From contig CANMWZ010000018.1 of assembly GCA_947501605.1 (NCBI GenBank), forward strand, positions 26,870 to 90,869: a stretch of DNA of 64,000 nt, written 5' to 3'. This document shows positions 38,353-47,602 of this stretch, one piece after another. The DNA is from Planctomycetota bacterium (lineage in GTDB: Bacteria > Planctomycetota > UBA1135 > UBA2386). The notes beneath the pieces were generated by a model. It worked only from the letters and a program-made list of their open reading frames with translations, was not told where the DNA came from and ran no database searches. A program made the translations under genes and the position numbers. Positions within the stretch are counted from its first letter, which is position 1. Each line of letters begins with the position of its first letter.

Positions 38353-38380
38353 AAAGTATCACACTATGCGACAAGTGCAA
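38353..38380 (-). promoter_or_regulatory. Putative promoter and overlapping operator of the GntR operon
   Basis: TTGCAC-16nt-TACTTT-6nt-GTG start (leaderless geometry); imperfect inverted repeat TGTCGCA-TAG-TGTGATA within it. Confidence 0.45.
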
Positions 38381-38848
38381 GGGGGTGGGGACGACCCAGC
38401 TTGGCGACTGGCCGCGCCCGATGGCGGCAAACCTCGCAGCGGCCCCAACAACACGGAGTTTCTCGCGCACCTCGACCGCCATCGGCGACCTGCCGCAGGC
38501 GACGCACGAGTGACGTCCACCGGCAGAGAGTCGGTCGCTGGCCCCGGTGCTTCTGCACCGCAGTAGCGGCGAGCGCCACGTCGTTGCGCCACGTGCGGCG
38601 AGGATGAGGCTCGCGGAGTCACGCCGGCAACTGGTGGATGGGCTGCGCCGAGTCGACGGGCGCACGACGGGCGCCATCTACGTGCCGCATGTCGGGCTCG
38701 GCAAGTTGCCATTTCCCCAGTGAGTGGCTTGCTTTCGTTGCCACGAAGCTCGGCACGCGATGCAGATCCGCGAGTTCGCAGGCCAACTGGCGGCCAAGTG
38801 ACCGCACTGGCGTTGTTGGGCGGGCTCGTCTGACCTAGCCCCGCAGCG

Positions 38849-41800
38849 TCACTTCTGCTGGAGGTGACCCTGGCGCCAGCGGTCGGCGAGTGCCTGAATC
38901 GACTCTGTCAGGAGATCGGCAACGGGCATCTGTTCCAGCAGCGACTCGTCGAATGACGGCTCCGTCTCGGTGACGGAGTCGGAGAGTGCGGCGAAGCGGT
39001 TGCGATAGGTCGACAGCACACTGCGCACGGCGGAAGCAGGAAGCCGGTCGGCGAAGCGAACGTGCAGCAGAGTGATCCCGGTGGTGACGTTGCGGTCGAT
39101 CTCCGGCACGAGGATCACCGTGCGATCGTCGCTGCGACCCTTGGCGACGAGGCACTGCTTCTCCATCGCGACGAGGTGCTTGGTTCCCCGTAGCTGCGGG
39201 TTCTTCCCGGTGCGAGAACGCAGCTGTGTCGCGACGCCGCGTTGATCGACGACGTGAATCGTCGCCGTGCCATTCTCGAGGTCGCCGTCGATGCGGTACC
39301 GGGTCGAGCCGAGCACTTCGACGGTGGCGGCGTCGAGGCCCGCGAGCGCCCGAAGGTCGCGGTAGACGATGTGGTCGCGCACGGCGCCAGCAGCAATCGT
39401 TGCGCGTACGAGTGGCACCGTGAGCAGCGTCTCGTCCGAGCGCGAGATGCCGACGGTCACTGTCTTGGCTTGGTGCTTGATCGCATCGACCGGGCGTGTG
39501 AGCTGGTCGATCGCTGCGGTCAGTTCCTCGGTCAGTGCGTCGACCACGACTCCAGGCGATCCCGGATGGCCGAACTCGACCGCGAAGGAGTCGAGCGGCA
39601 TCAATGCCAACGCATAGTTGAACAGGGAGGTCAGGCTCGCAGATGTTCGGGCTTCCAGGGCGCCGTCATAGCGCCCGAGCATGAGGTCCTTGCGGAAATC
39701 GATCCAGTGCGGCAGCAGTCGTGGTTGTAGGTAGTGCAGTGGCTCGGCGCGCAACTCGCGCTTCGATGCAATCTCTTCGATGGCGCCGCGAGCGCGGCGC
39801 AATGGCAGCGCGAGCATGTCGATTGCGAGCGCGGCGCGGTAGCCGAACAGGTGGCCGGCCATCGTCGACAAGACAAACGCGAGAGACGGGTGCGCGACCG
39901 GAACGCTGATCGTGGCGGTCGCAGCTGCGAAGCGCTTCTCTCCGGTCGTGGCGATCACGATCGGCGCGGCCTTGTGGGCCTGGTAGATCGCGATCTCCTT
40001 GGCAACGTCGTCGGCGGTCGAGCCGGTGAGGCCCGCAGCGCAGATGAGGATCATCGGTTCGCAGGAGAGATCGATGTGCTTCTTGTCTTCGGTCGCGTCG
40101 CACGCGATCGACTTGTAGCAAAGCTCACTGAGCTTGATGCGGACCTCGGCCGCAGCGACGCGGTTCTTGCCGTTGCCGACCAGTGCCCAGTGGCGTCGTT
40201 GCGGCGCGTGCGCTGTCGCGATCGCGGCAATCGCGTCGTCCTGCGCCAGAACCTCGCGCATCGCCTTGGGCAGCTCCAGCAAGGCGCGCAAGAGCGAGTC
40301 CTCGGCGGCGTCGTCAGCGACGCCGGCGGCGCGGGCGAGCGTGAGTGCCAGGATCCAGCCCGCAGCGCACTGCGCATAGAAGGCCTTGGTGCTGGCGACG
40401 CTCATTTCGATGTCGCGTCCATCGCTCGTGAACACGACGCCGTCGGCCTTGTCGCAGAGGTCGCTGCCGCGACGGTTGACGATCGCCAGGACGGGTGCGC
40501 CGCGGCCTCGAACCAGATCCACGGTGCGGTTGGTGTCAGTAGTCGTGCCCGACTGCGAGATCGCGATGATGAGCGTGTCGCGCATGTCGTCGCCGAGGCC
40601 GAAGCCCGACAGCTCCGTGGCCGGCAGCGCGCGAATGTCGATGGGAGTCTTTGCCAAGGTCTCCGCGAGCGCGGCGGCGACCGCCTGGCCGGCAACAGCA
40701 GCCGTGCCCTGGCCGATCACCAGGATGCGACGGAACTGGCCCGCGCGCAGTGCCGTGGTGACCTTCTCCGGCAACGACGTCGAGGGCAATGCAGCGCGCA
40801 CTCCGTTGCCTTCACGCACGATGCGACCACGCAGCGTCTTCTGCAGCGAGACCGGAGCTTCGCTGATCTCCTTCAGCAGGAAGTGCGGGTAGCCGGCGCG
40901 ATCGATGTCACGCGTGGTGACTGTGGCGGTCACTAGGTGCTTGCTCTGCAACGGCAGCGGCGTGCCGTCGAAGGCCTCGCGCGCGATGCCGCCAAGAGTG
41001 CCTGCGCGTCGGCGATCGAGGACGATCACCTGCCCCCGACTCGCGGACGGGTTCTGCGGGTTGCCAGCAGTCTCTCCGTCCATGCGCAGATACTGACGGC
41101 AGTCCTCGATCACACCGTACGGTTCGCTGGCAACCACGAAGGTGTCGTCGGCGATGCCGATGTACAGGGCCTGACCCGAGCCACGCAGCGACAGTGCGAG
41201 GCGGTGTGGTTCGGACGCAGATGCTGCAGCGACCGCGACCGAGCCGTCAAACGTCGAGACCGTGCGGCGGAACGACTCGGCGAACGCGACGCCGCCCTGC
41301 ATGTGGCGAGCCACCAGGGTCGGGATGACCTTGGCATCGGTGGTGATCTCGGGCGCGATGTCGAGCCCGTGCCGCTGCACCAGTTCTTGATGGTTGTCGA
41401 CGTCGCCGTTGAGCACGCCGATCAGGTAGGGCGTGCCGCGCGGCGTCTGTTCTTCGCTGTTCAGCGGATGGGTGTTGGGCTGACTGATGACGCCGACGCT
41501 GGCCCAGCGAGTGTGGCCGAGCACGAGCGCTTCGGCGTTGTCGTTCTGCAGCAAGGCGCGCAGCAAGGTGTCCTCGCGGATCGCGGAACGCAGTGCTTTG
41601 ACGTTGTCGCCGAGTTCGCCGATCTCGGCCGCGTGCTTGTAGACCAGGTCGATGGCCGTCTCGAGGACTCGAACGGAGCGATGGCCGAAGAGCGGGTCGT
41701 CGGTGCGTGATTGCGCAATCCTACGGATCTCCGGCGAGTTGGTATCGATCCCCGTGATCAGCACGCTCACCCCGGCCGAGTCGCGCCCGCGGACCTCCAG

Positions 41801-42286
41801 TCGGTCGAGTGCCGCCAGGGCGGTTTGAATGCTGGACCATGAGGTCGCGGCGGCAGGGCCGAGCGCGCCGGGCCCGGCAAGGTCGCGCACGGCTTCGGCG
41901 TGCTGTAGGCGGTCTTTCCAAACGGACCAGAGCGCGTCCTTCAGACGGACGAGTGCTGCGTTGCGCTGTTCGAGTTGGTCGTCGAGGGTCAGCGACGCGT
42001 CCTGGTCGAGCGTGCGTTCAAACGCTGTGACCTGTTGGTGCAGTGCCTCAAGCTGCTGCTTTGCCGTGGCTGCAGCAGCGGGTGCGTCGAGCAGGCAGCG
42101 CAGACCGGGTACGGAACGGAGCTCGCGATCGAGGTCAGCGAGCGCAGTTGCCGCCGCCGTCAGGTTCTTGGCGTCGAAGCCCTGCGCGATGGCTCTCGTG
42201 GCAACGGCGACGGCTTGTTCGAGGACTGCGACTGCCGGCGGCGCTTGCCGCGATCTCTGCCGCAACACGGCGATGATGCCACACAT
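38849..42286 (-). CDS. glmS: Long-form glutamine-fructose-6-phosphate aminotransferase (GlmS-like)
   Basis: N-terminal MCGII, RGRDSAG, GHTRWA, NGD, SQSGTT, VASTKAF, IKLSELCY; 1145 aa. Confidence 0.8.
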   Translation of the reverse strand: MCGIIAVLRQRSRQAPPAVAVLEQAVAVATRAIAQGFDAKNLTAAATALADLDRELRSVPGLRCLLDAPAAAATAKQQLEALHQQVTAFERTLDQDASLTLDDQLEQRNAALVRLKDALWSVWKDRLQHAEAVRDLAGPGALGPAAATSWSSIQTALAALDRLEVRGRDSAGVSVLITGIDTNSPEIRRIAQSRTDDPLFGHRSVRVLETAIDLVYKHAAEIGELGDNVKALRSAIREDTLLRALLQNDNAEALVLGHTRWASVGVISQPNTHPLNSEEQTPRGTPYLIGVLNGDVDNHQELVQRHGLDIAPEITTDAKVIPTLVARHMQGGVAFAESFRRTVSTFDGSVAVAAASASEPHRLALSLRGSGQALYIGIADDTFVVASEPYGVIEDCRQYLRMDGETAGNPQNPSASRGQVIVLDRRRAGTLGGIAREAFDGTPLPLQSKHLVTATVTTRDIDRAGYPHFLLKEISEAPVSLQKTLRGRIVREGNGVRAALPSTSLPEKVTTALRAGQFRRILVIGQGTAAVAGQAVAAALAETLAKTPIDIRALPATELSGFGLGDDMRDTLIIAISQSGTTTDTNRTVDLVRGRGAPVLAIVNRRGSDLCDKADGVVFTSDGRDIEMSVASTKAFYAQCAAGWILALTLARAAGVADDAAEDSLLRALLELPKAMREVLAQDDAIAAIATAHAPQRRHWALVGNGKNRVAAAEVRIKLSELCYKSIACDATEDKKHIDLSCEPMILICAAGLTGSTADDVAKEIAIYQAHKAAPIVIATTGEKRFAAATATISVPVAHPSLAFVLSTMAGHLFGYRAALAIDMLALPLRRARGAIEEIASKRELRAEPLHYLQPRLLPHWIDFRKDLMLGRYDGALEARTSASLTSLFNYALALMPLDSFAVEFGHPGSPGVVVDALTEELTAAIDQLTRPVDAIKHQAKTVTVGISRSDETLLTVPLVRATIAAGAVRDHIVYRDLRALAGLDAATVEVLGSTRYRIDGDLENGTATIHVVDQRGVATQLRSRTGKNPQLRGTKHLVAMEKQCLVAKGRSDDRTVILVPEIDRNVTTGITLLHVRFADRLPASAVRSVLSTYRNRFAALSDSVTETEPSFDESLLEQMPVADLLTESIQALADRWRQGHLQQK

Positions 42287-42305
42287 GGATGCTTTCGACT
42301 CCTGG

Positions 42306-43517
42306 TCAACGGGCCTGCGCCGCGATCGATACGAACTGCTCTAGACGCTGACGAAGGGCGCCGGCGAGCGACGGATCGCCTGACTCTTCGATCGCAGCGG
42401 CTAGTTGCTTGAGCCAGTCTGCCGCAGGTTGCGGCAAGGCTGAGGGTGCGACCGCAGCCTGCGGCCGATCCGTTCGCAACTGCAGGCGAAGCTTGTCGCA
42501 GATGACCACACCGTTCTCCTGTGGTAGCTCGAGCGCCGTCGCGGTGCGCAGCAGTTTGGTCCAGTGCGCAGGGGCGATCTGTCGCGAATGCGAGCAGTCT
42601 GGCGAGGGCCCTCCCTGCACGAGTCCGTCGGCGGACCACCGCAGGAATAGGTCGCCGTTCTTGCAGGAGAGGATCTCGATCCCGCCCAAGAATGTGAGGT
42701 TCGGGTCGGCCTGCGTAACCGTGGCTGGCGTGCTGCCGCCATCTTTGGCCGCGATGGCGTCCGCGAGGCGAAGGCGCGCCGGCGCGTGCTCCTGATCGGT
42801 GGCGTCAATGCGGTAGCCGCAGTCCGTGCCGAGCAGAGCCGTGAGCGCGGTGAGAGCTTCGGCGGCGCGACGCTTGCCCCACGGGTCGCCGAGAAAGGTG
42901 CGTCGGTCACTGAGGGCCGTGAAGAGTTCGCGCGAGTTGCCGCGTAGTGCCGCGAGTCGTGTGCGCGCGCGCGGATCAGACTCCACGGTGCGTACGATCT
43001 GGCCTGGCGCAGTCTCGACGTCGAAGTCGCGAGTCGGGTCGTCGGCGAGCCAGCGCGCAAACGTGCGCATCAGCCACGCCGGGTCCTCGACGAACTCGGC
43101 GAACACCGGAGCGAACTTCGCCCGCAGCGCCGCTTCGTTGTGCGCGCGAAGTGCCAGGCCGCGCAGCGCCTGTGCGCGCCAGTAGAAATCGCGATCGAGC
43201 GCCCACTGCTGGAGCAAACCGAGCACAGCTTCGCCGTTACCACCCGCATCGGCGATCGCTTCGACGAGGGCGACGGGCAACGAGTTGAGCCCGAGTTTGT
43301 CGGTCCAAGCGCGCACGGCTGGCATCGCGGCGTCGCCACCCGCTGCGACCTTCTTGCTTGCCGACAGGCGCAAGCCGTAGCGGGCGTGCGTGCACGCGCG
43401 TTCGACGTGCTTCTGCCAGTCCTCGCTGTTGGGCGCGGTCGCATCTTGAGCGGCCGTCGTTGCGGTGAGGCAGGTCAGCAACGCCACCAGCGCGGGTCTC
43501 GGAAACGTGCGGCTCAT
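42306..43517 (-). CDS. Secreted HEAT-repeat-like hypothetical protein
   Basis: Signal peptide MSRTFPRPALVALLTCLTATTAAQ; ATG overlaps the upstream stop; helical repeats. Confidence 0.7.
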   Translation of the reverse strand: MSRTFPRPALVALLTCLTATTAAQDATAPNSEDWQKHVERACTHARYGLRLSASKKVAAGGDAAMPAVRAWTDKLGLNSLPVALVEAIADAGGNGEAVLGLLQQWALDRDFYWRAQALRGLALRAHNEAALRAKFAPVFAEFVEDPAWLMRTFARWLADDPTRDFDVETAPGQIVRTVESDPRARTRLAALRGNSRELFTALSDRRTFLGDPWGKRRAAEALTALTALLGTDCGYRIDATDQEHAPARLRLADAIAAKDGGSTPATVTQADPNLTFLGGIEILSCKNGDLFLRWSADGLVQGGPSPDCSHSRQIAPAHWTKLLRTATALELPQENGVVICDKLRLQLRTDRPQAAVAPSALPQPAADWLKQLAAAIEESGDPSLAGALRQRLEQFVSIAAQAR

Positions 43518-43921
43518 TGCACCGAGTCGGCGTCGAGGACGTAGATGGAGACGACCTCGTCTTCTTCGGTTTGTTCGCCGACGTAGAGCTTCCCGGTCAC
43601 CTGCACGATCCCGGCCTTGATCTCCATCGTGGTGCCTTCCGCGAGAGCGCAGAAGACGATCTCGTTCAGCTTCGGGGTGCCGTTGCAGCCGCAGGCATCG
43701 TTGATCATCAGGAACTGTCCTACCGGCCCGCTGCCTGGTACCTCGCGCGCCATGAAGCCGGACAGTTGGACGATCTTGCCGTCGAGTGCCGTGACTTCGT
43801 CGGGCAGTTTCATGCCCTTGGAGAACTCGAAGCCGGCCAGCACCGCGAAGTTGGTGCGCACGGGGTCCTGCATCAGCAGGCACAGTGGCAGCAGGAGCGC
43901 AAACGACTTCATGTGGCGCAT
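43514..43921 (-). CDS. DUF3299-like OB-fold protein
   Basis: LPDEVTALDGKIVQLSGFM...FLM...ACGC...P..NEIV...VTGKLYVG. Confidence 0.7.
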   Translation of the reverse strand: MRHMKSFALLLPLCLLMQDPVRTNFAVLAGFEFSKGMKLPDEVTALDGKIVQLSGFMAREVPGSGPVGQFLMINDACGCNGTPKLNEIVFCALAEGTTMEIKAGIVQVTGKLYVGEQTEEDEVVSIYVLDADSVQ

Positions 43922-43947
43922 GCTAGCGCGCGAGCCCGGCCGCCGAC

Positions 43948-44169
43948 TCATGTCGCTGGGTTGGCATCCAGCTTGATCACTTCGACGGGACAGTCCTTGG
44001 CGGCCTGCTCGATTTCGTCTTGGAGCTTGCGGAAGTGTGCCGCCGCGTCGGGGCGAATGATGCAGGTGCCGTCGCCGTCGACTTCGAAGACTTGGGGCGC
44101 AAGGTCTTCGCAGACCTTGCACGAGATGCAGCCTTCTTCGATCCAGACACGGCGGATGGGGGACGTCAC
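43948..44169 (-). CDS. Single-cluster ferredoxin
   Basis: CISCKVC...APQVF...CPVEVI. Confidence 0.9.
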   Translation of the reverse strand: MTSPIRRVWIEEGCISCKVCEDLAPQVFEVDGDGTCIIRPDAAAHFRKLQDEIEQAAKDCPVEVIKLDANPAT

Positions 44170-44336
44170 GGCGGCCTGCTTAGCCCGCCGCGGCGCTGCG
44201 ATCTACGGGGGATCTGCGGGCGGCTCCGAAAGCCGGGATTGTCGCGTGCCAGCGTGGCGTGCGAGTATCGATGCCATGGGGCGGGCGCGCGCTGCAAGGC
44301 TGAGCAACTCCTGAACAAACTTGACAAAGTAGATAG

Positions 44337-44351
44337 TTAGACGCAGTCTAA
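44337..44351. promoter_or_regulatory. Palindromic operator TTAGAC-GCA-GTCTAA (Fur/PerR-type), next to TTGACA -35 at 44321
   Basis: Perfect 6-3-6 palindrome 5 nt upstream of the regulator ATG. Confidence 0.7.
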
Positions 44352-44356
44352 GAGAT

Positions 44357-44758
44357 ATGGATCACCCCGCTGTCGTCCGCCTGCTCGAGGCCCATGCGAT
44401 CCGCCCCTCCGCGCAGCGGGTTGCGATCGCCGGCTACGTGCTCGCGACCGCCGAGCATCCCTCCGCCGATCAGGTCTGGCGCCGCGTCAAGCTGGAGTTC
44501 CCAATGGTCTCGCGTGCGACCGCCTACAACACTCTTAAGTTGTTCGTGGAAAAAGGGTTGCTTCGTGAACTCGTGTTGGCTCCAGGCTACGCGGTCTACG
44601 ATCCAAACACTGCACCGCACCACCACTTCCTCGACGAAGATCGCGGCTCGATCCACGATGTCCCGTGGTCGGCCCTGACCGTCGACCTCGTGGGCGACTT
44701 GCCCGACCTCGAGGTGCGCAACGTGAGCGTCGTGCTACGAGGCCGACGCCGCAGCTGA
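44357..44758 (+). CDS. Fur family transcriptional regulator (PerR/Irr-like)
   Basis: QRVAI, EHPSADQV, SRATAYNTL, HHHF; lacks CxxC; upstream of ahpC and dps. Confidence 0.9.
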   Translation: MDHPAVVRLLEAHAIRPSAQRVAIAGYVLATAEHPSADQVWRRVKLEFPMVSRATAYNTLKLFVEKGLLRELVLAPGYAVYDPNTAPHHHFLDEDRGSIHDVPWSALTVDLVGDLPDLEVRNVSVVLRGRRRS

Positions 44759-44791
44759 CCTTGGCCGCCGACCCTCGAACATGCCCCTCTC

Positions 44792-44806
44792 TTGGACAGA
44801 GTCCAA
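44792..44806. promoter_or_regulatory. Second operator copy TTGGAC-AGA-GTCCAA upstream of ahpC
   Basis: Perfect 6-3-6 palindrome with compensatory change relative to 44337. Confidence 0.7.
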
Positions 44807-44833
44807 AACAACACAGAGTGCACAGGAGTCACG

Positions 44834-45373
44834 ATGATCACCGTAGGAGACCGATTTCCCGCCTTCCGCATCACCGCCACCCTGTCTCGCGAGTCGGGCA
44901 AAGAGTTCGCGCAGCTGACGGACCAGAGCTTTCCAGGCAAGTGGCTTGTGCTGTTCAGCTGGCCGCTCGACTTCACCTTCGTCTGCCCGACGGAGATCGC
45001 TGAGTTCGGCCGCAGGAACGCGGACTTCCTAGGCCGCGACGCCCAGCTACTCGGGTTGTCGCTCGACTCGGAGTATGTCCATCTCGCCTGGCGCAACCAG
45101 CACCCGGATCTAGCGACCTTGCCGTTTCCGATGCTCGCCGACGTGAAGCGCGAACTCTGCACCGCCCTGGGAATTCTCCACCGCGATGCAGGCATCCCGT
45201 TGCGTGCGACGTTCGTCGTCGACCCACAAGGCTTGGTCCGCTTCGTCTCGGTCCACGATCTCGATGTCGGTCGCAACGTCGACGAGGTGCTGCGCACCCT
45301 CGACGCGCTGCAGACCGGAGAGATGTGTCCGTGCAACTGGAAGAAGGGCGAGAAGACCCTGGAGATGAAGTGA
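44834..45373 (+). CDS. ahpC: Peroxiredoxin AhpC
   Basis: AGGAG RBS; DFTFVCPTEI, GRNVDEVLR, CPCNW. Confidence 0.92.
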   Translation: MITVGDRFPAFRITATLSRESGKEFAQLTDQSFPGKWLVLFSWPLDFTFVCPTEIAEFGRRNADFLGRDAQLLGLSLDSEYVHLAWRNQHPDLATLPFPMLADVKRELCTALGILHRDAGIPLRATFVVDPQGLVRFVSVHDLDVGRNVDEVLRTLDALQTGEMCPCNWKKGEKTLEMK

Positions 45374-45748
45374 TTGCGGCACTGAGCGCTGCTGGTGGCA
45401 GTGACGTGAGGCCCGAGGTCATGGCCGATGCTCAGGCGGTTGCTGCGCTGATGGCGATGAACAACGCCTGCGACCGCGTTCGCCACATGGTGCAGCAGCC
45501 GTCCTACCAGCCGTTGCCGCCGCGCCTGCAGAAGCTGGCCCTGGCGCAGGCCAACACGACAGTCCCCGAGCTCTTCGGTCTCGCGGTCAGCGTCATCGAT
45601 GGATGTGATCCCTGCGTCGTTGCCCGCCAGCGCCTTGTCATCGAAGCCGGGTCGACCGAGGGCCAGGTGAACGATGTCCAGCCGCATTGCTGCGACGGTC
45701 AATGCCGTTGCGACCGCCGCCGCCATGAGGAGGGACGTCGTCGCGTGA
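45370..45748 (+). pseudogene. ahpD: Degraded alkylhydroperoxidase AhpD
   Basis: AALMAMNN..R.RHMV, ELFGLAVSVIDGCDPC; N-terminal part missing; catalytic His replaced by Arg; +1 frameshift near 45679, after which RIAATVNAVA continues in another frame. Confidence 0.75.
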
Positions 45749-45810
45749 ATGTCATGAGCTGCGGCCCAGGGCCAGCTCTCCGAACCCCTAACTACCCCAG
45801 GAAAACGATC

Positions 45811-46287
45811 ATGTATGCATCTCCGACCCCGCTACCGCTCGAAGCTCGCGCTGCGATCGTGAAGTCGCTCAACGCGGTGTTGATCGACGGTCTCGACCTG
45901 CATTCGCAGATCAAGGTTGCGCACTGGAACATCAAAGGTCCGCACTTCGCGGCGCTGCACCCGTTGTTCGACACGTTTGCCACCGAGTTGTCGGTGCACA
46001 ACGATGCCATCGCCGAGCGCGCCGTCACGCTCGGCGGCGTCGCGGTTGGTACCGTGCGGCAGGTGGCGCAGCAGTCGGGTCTGCCCGAACTGCCGGCCCA
46101 GGCAACGCGCGACTTGGAACTCGTCGAGCTGCTCGCATTGCGCTTCGAGAAGTATCTCGGCGGTGTGCGCATCGGCCGCGATGTTGCCGGCGAGTCGGGC
46201 GACGAAGAAGCGGTCGACCTGTTGACCCAAGTGGTGCAGGACTTCGAGAAGCACGCGTGGTTCCTGCGCGCGACTCTTGGTCGCTGA
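45811..46287 (+). CDS. dps: Dps DNA-protecting ferritin-like protein
   Basis: KVAHWNIKGPHFAALHPLFD, DAIAER, EKHAWFL; own ATG with AGGA RBS. Confidence 0.93.
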   Translation: MYASPTPLPLEARAAIVKSLNAVLIDGLDLHSQIKVAHWNIKGPHFAALHPLFDTFATELSVHNDAIAERAVTLGGVAVGTVRQVAQQSGLPELPAQATRDLELVELLALRFEKYLGGVRIGRDVAGESGDEEAVDLLTQVVQDFEKHAWFLRATLGR

Positions 46288-46484
46288 GTCGCGGGCAGAG
46301 AGGCGACCCCATCGCTGTTCGCGCTGGGGCGGTGCGCCGTACGCGGCAGCCCGAGGGGCGGCAGTCCTTCGAGCTCGGGCGTGACCGGTGGGTGCTGCAA
46401 AGGAAACGTGAGTTTCTCTGCTTCGCCGCACGATCTCGTTCGTAACCTGCCCGCCTGTTTTCCCGACCGAGGTCTAAATACCAC

Positions 46485-47468
46485 ATGTTCGCCCGTCCTA
46501 GCGTTCTGTTTGCTGTTGCTCTTACCTTCGCTCCTGCCGCAATCGTGGCCCAAGAAGGAGGCGCGGCACCGGCAGCCGAGTGGCTGCAGAACTTCGCTGA
46601 CGCCAAGGCCAAGGCCGCGGCGGCTGGCAAAGACCTGCTGGTCGACTTCACCGGGTCCGATTGGTGCGTTTGGTGTCAGCGTCTTGACGCGGAAGTTTTC
46701 GAGAAGGCGGACTTCCAGGCCGAGATCACGAAGAACTTCGTGCTGGTCAAGCTCGACTACCCGCAGAACCAGGAGTTGGTGACCGCGGAGATCAAGGCAC
46801 AAAACGCCGAGCTCCAGGCCAAGTACAAGGTCCAGGGCTTCCCGACGATCTTCCTCATGGATGCCGAGGGCAAGCCCTACGCGCAGACGGGTTATCAGGA
46901 AGGCGGGGACGCGAAGTACCTCGAGCACGTCAGCGGGATGCGCAGCAACAAGGTTGGCCGCGACGAGCATTTCGGCAAGGCCAAGGACGCCAAGGGCATC
47001 GATCGCGCCACGCACCTCGCCGCCGGTCTCGAAGCACTGAAGAACGACGAGATGGTCCTCGCGCACTACCGCGCCGAGATCGACGAGGTCATGAGCCTCG
47101 ACGCCGACGGGAAGGCTGGCCTCAAGGGCAAGTTCGAGGCCAAGGTCGCGAAGGCCGAGCTCGAGGGCAAGTTTCAGGAGCTGGCGCAGGCCGGTGATTG
47201 GGACGGTGTCGACAAGCTGATGGCCGAGATGCTCGAGAAGTTCAAAGGCAACGGCGAACTCGAGCAGATGGCGACGTTCTACCGCGCCGTCGTGCTGATC
47301 GAGTCGAAGCAGGACTTCGACGGCGCGCTCAAGCTGGTCGATGCAGCCTTGGCGTTTGCGCCGGAAAGCGACATGGGCAAGCAGCTGCCGCGTATCCGCA
47401 AGAACATCGAGAAGATCCAGAAGCAGTCGCAGGGCGGCGACGAAGAGAAGAAAGACGGCGGCAAGTGA
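46485..47468 (+). CDS. Exported thioredoxin-fold protein with helical C-terminus
   Basis: Signal peptide; DFTGSDWCVWC, GFPT. Confidence 0.88.
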   Translation: MFARPSVLFAVALTFAPAAIVAQEGGAAPAAEWLQNFADAKAKAAAAGKDLLVDFTGSDWCVWCQRLDAEVFEKADFQAEITKNFVLVKLDYPQNQELVTAEIKAQNAELQAKYKVQGFPTIFLMDAEGKPYAQTGYQEGGDAKYLEHVSGMRSNKVGRDEHFGKAKDAKGIDRATHLAAGLEALKNDEMVLAHYRAEIDEVMSLDADGKAGLKGKFEAKVAKAELEGKFQELAQAGDWDGVDKLMAEMLEKFKGNGELEQMATFYRAVVLIESKQDFDGALKLVDAALAFAPESDMGKQLPRIRKNIEKIQKQSQGGDEEKKDGGK

Positions 47469-47602
47469 TGCTGTCGTTCTGAGCGCGGGCCTCGCGGTTC
47501 GTGCCGATGACCGTGCCCTTGCGGGGCGCGAACGCGCGGCGTTCGCGCCCCGCTGCAATTGCGGCGCGATCGTCGGGTGCTACGTTCGCCGGAATGACGT
47601 CC

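Noticed and set aside
38400..38848. Short ORFs or ncRNA in the 450-nt gap between GntR and glmS
   Set aside because: ORFs lack coding-like composition or motifs, and no recognisable RNA family
42287..42305. glmS ribozyme
   Set aside because: Only 19 nt separate glmS from the upstream gene, leaving no room
46462..46477. Third PerR-type operator upstream of the thioredoxin gene
   Set aside because: Only the GTCTAA half-site matches; spacing and left half do not
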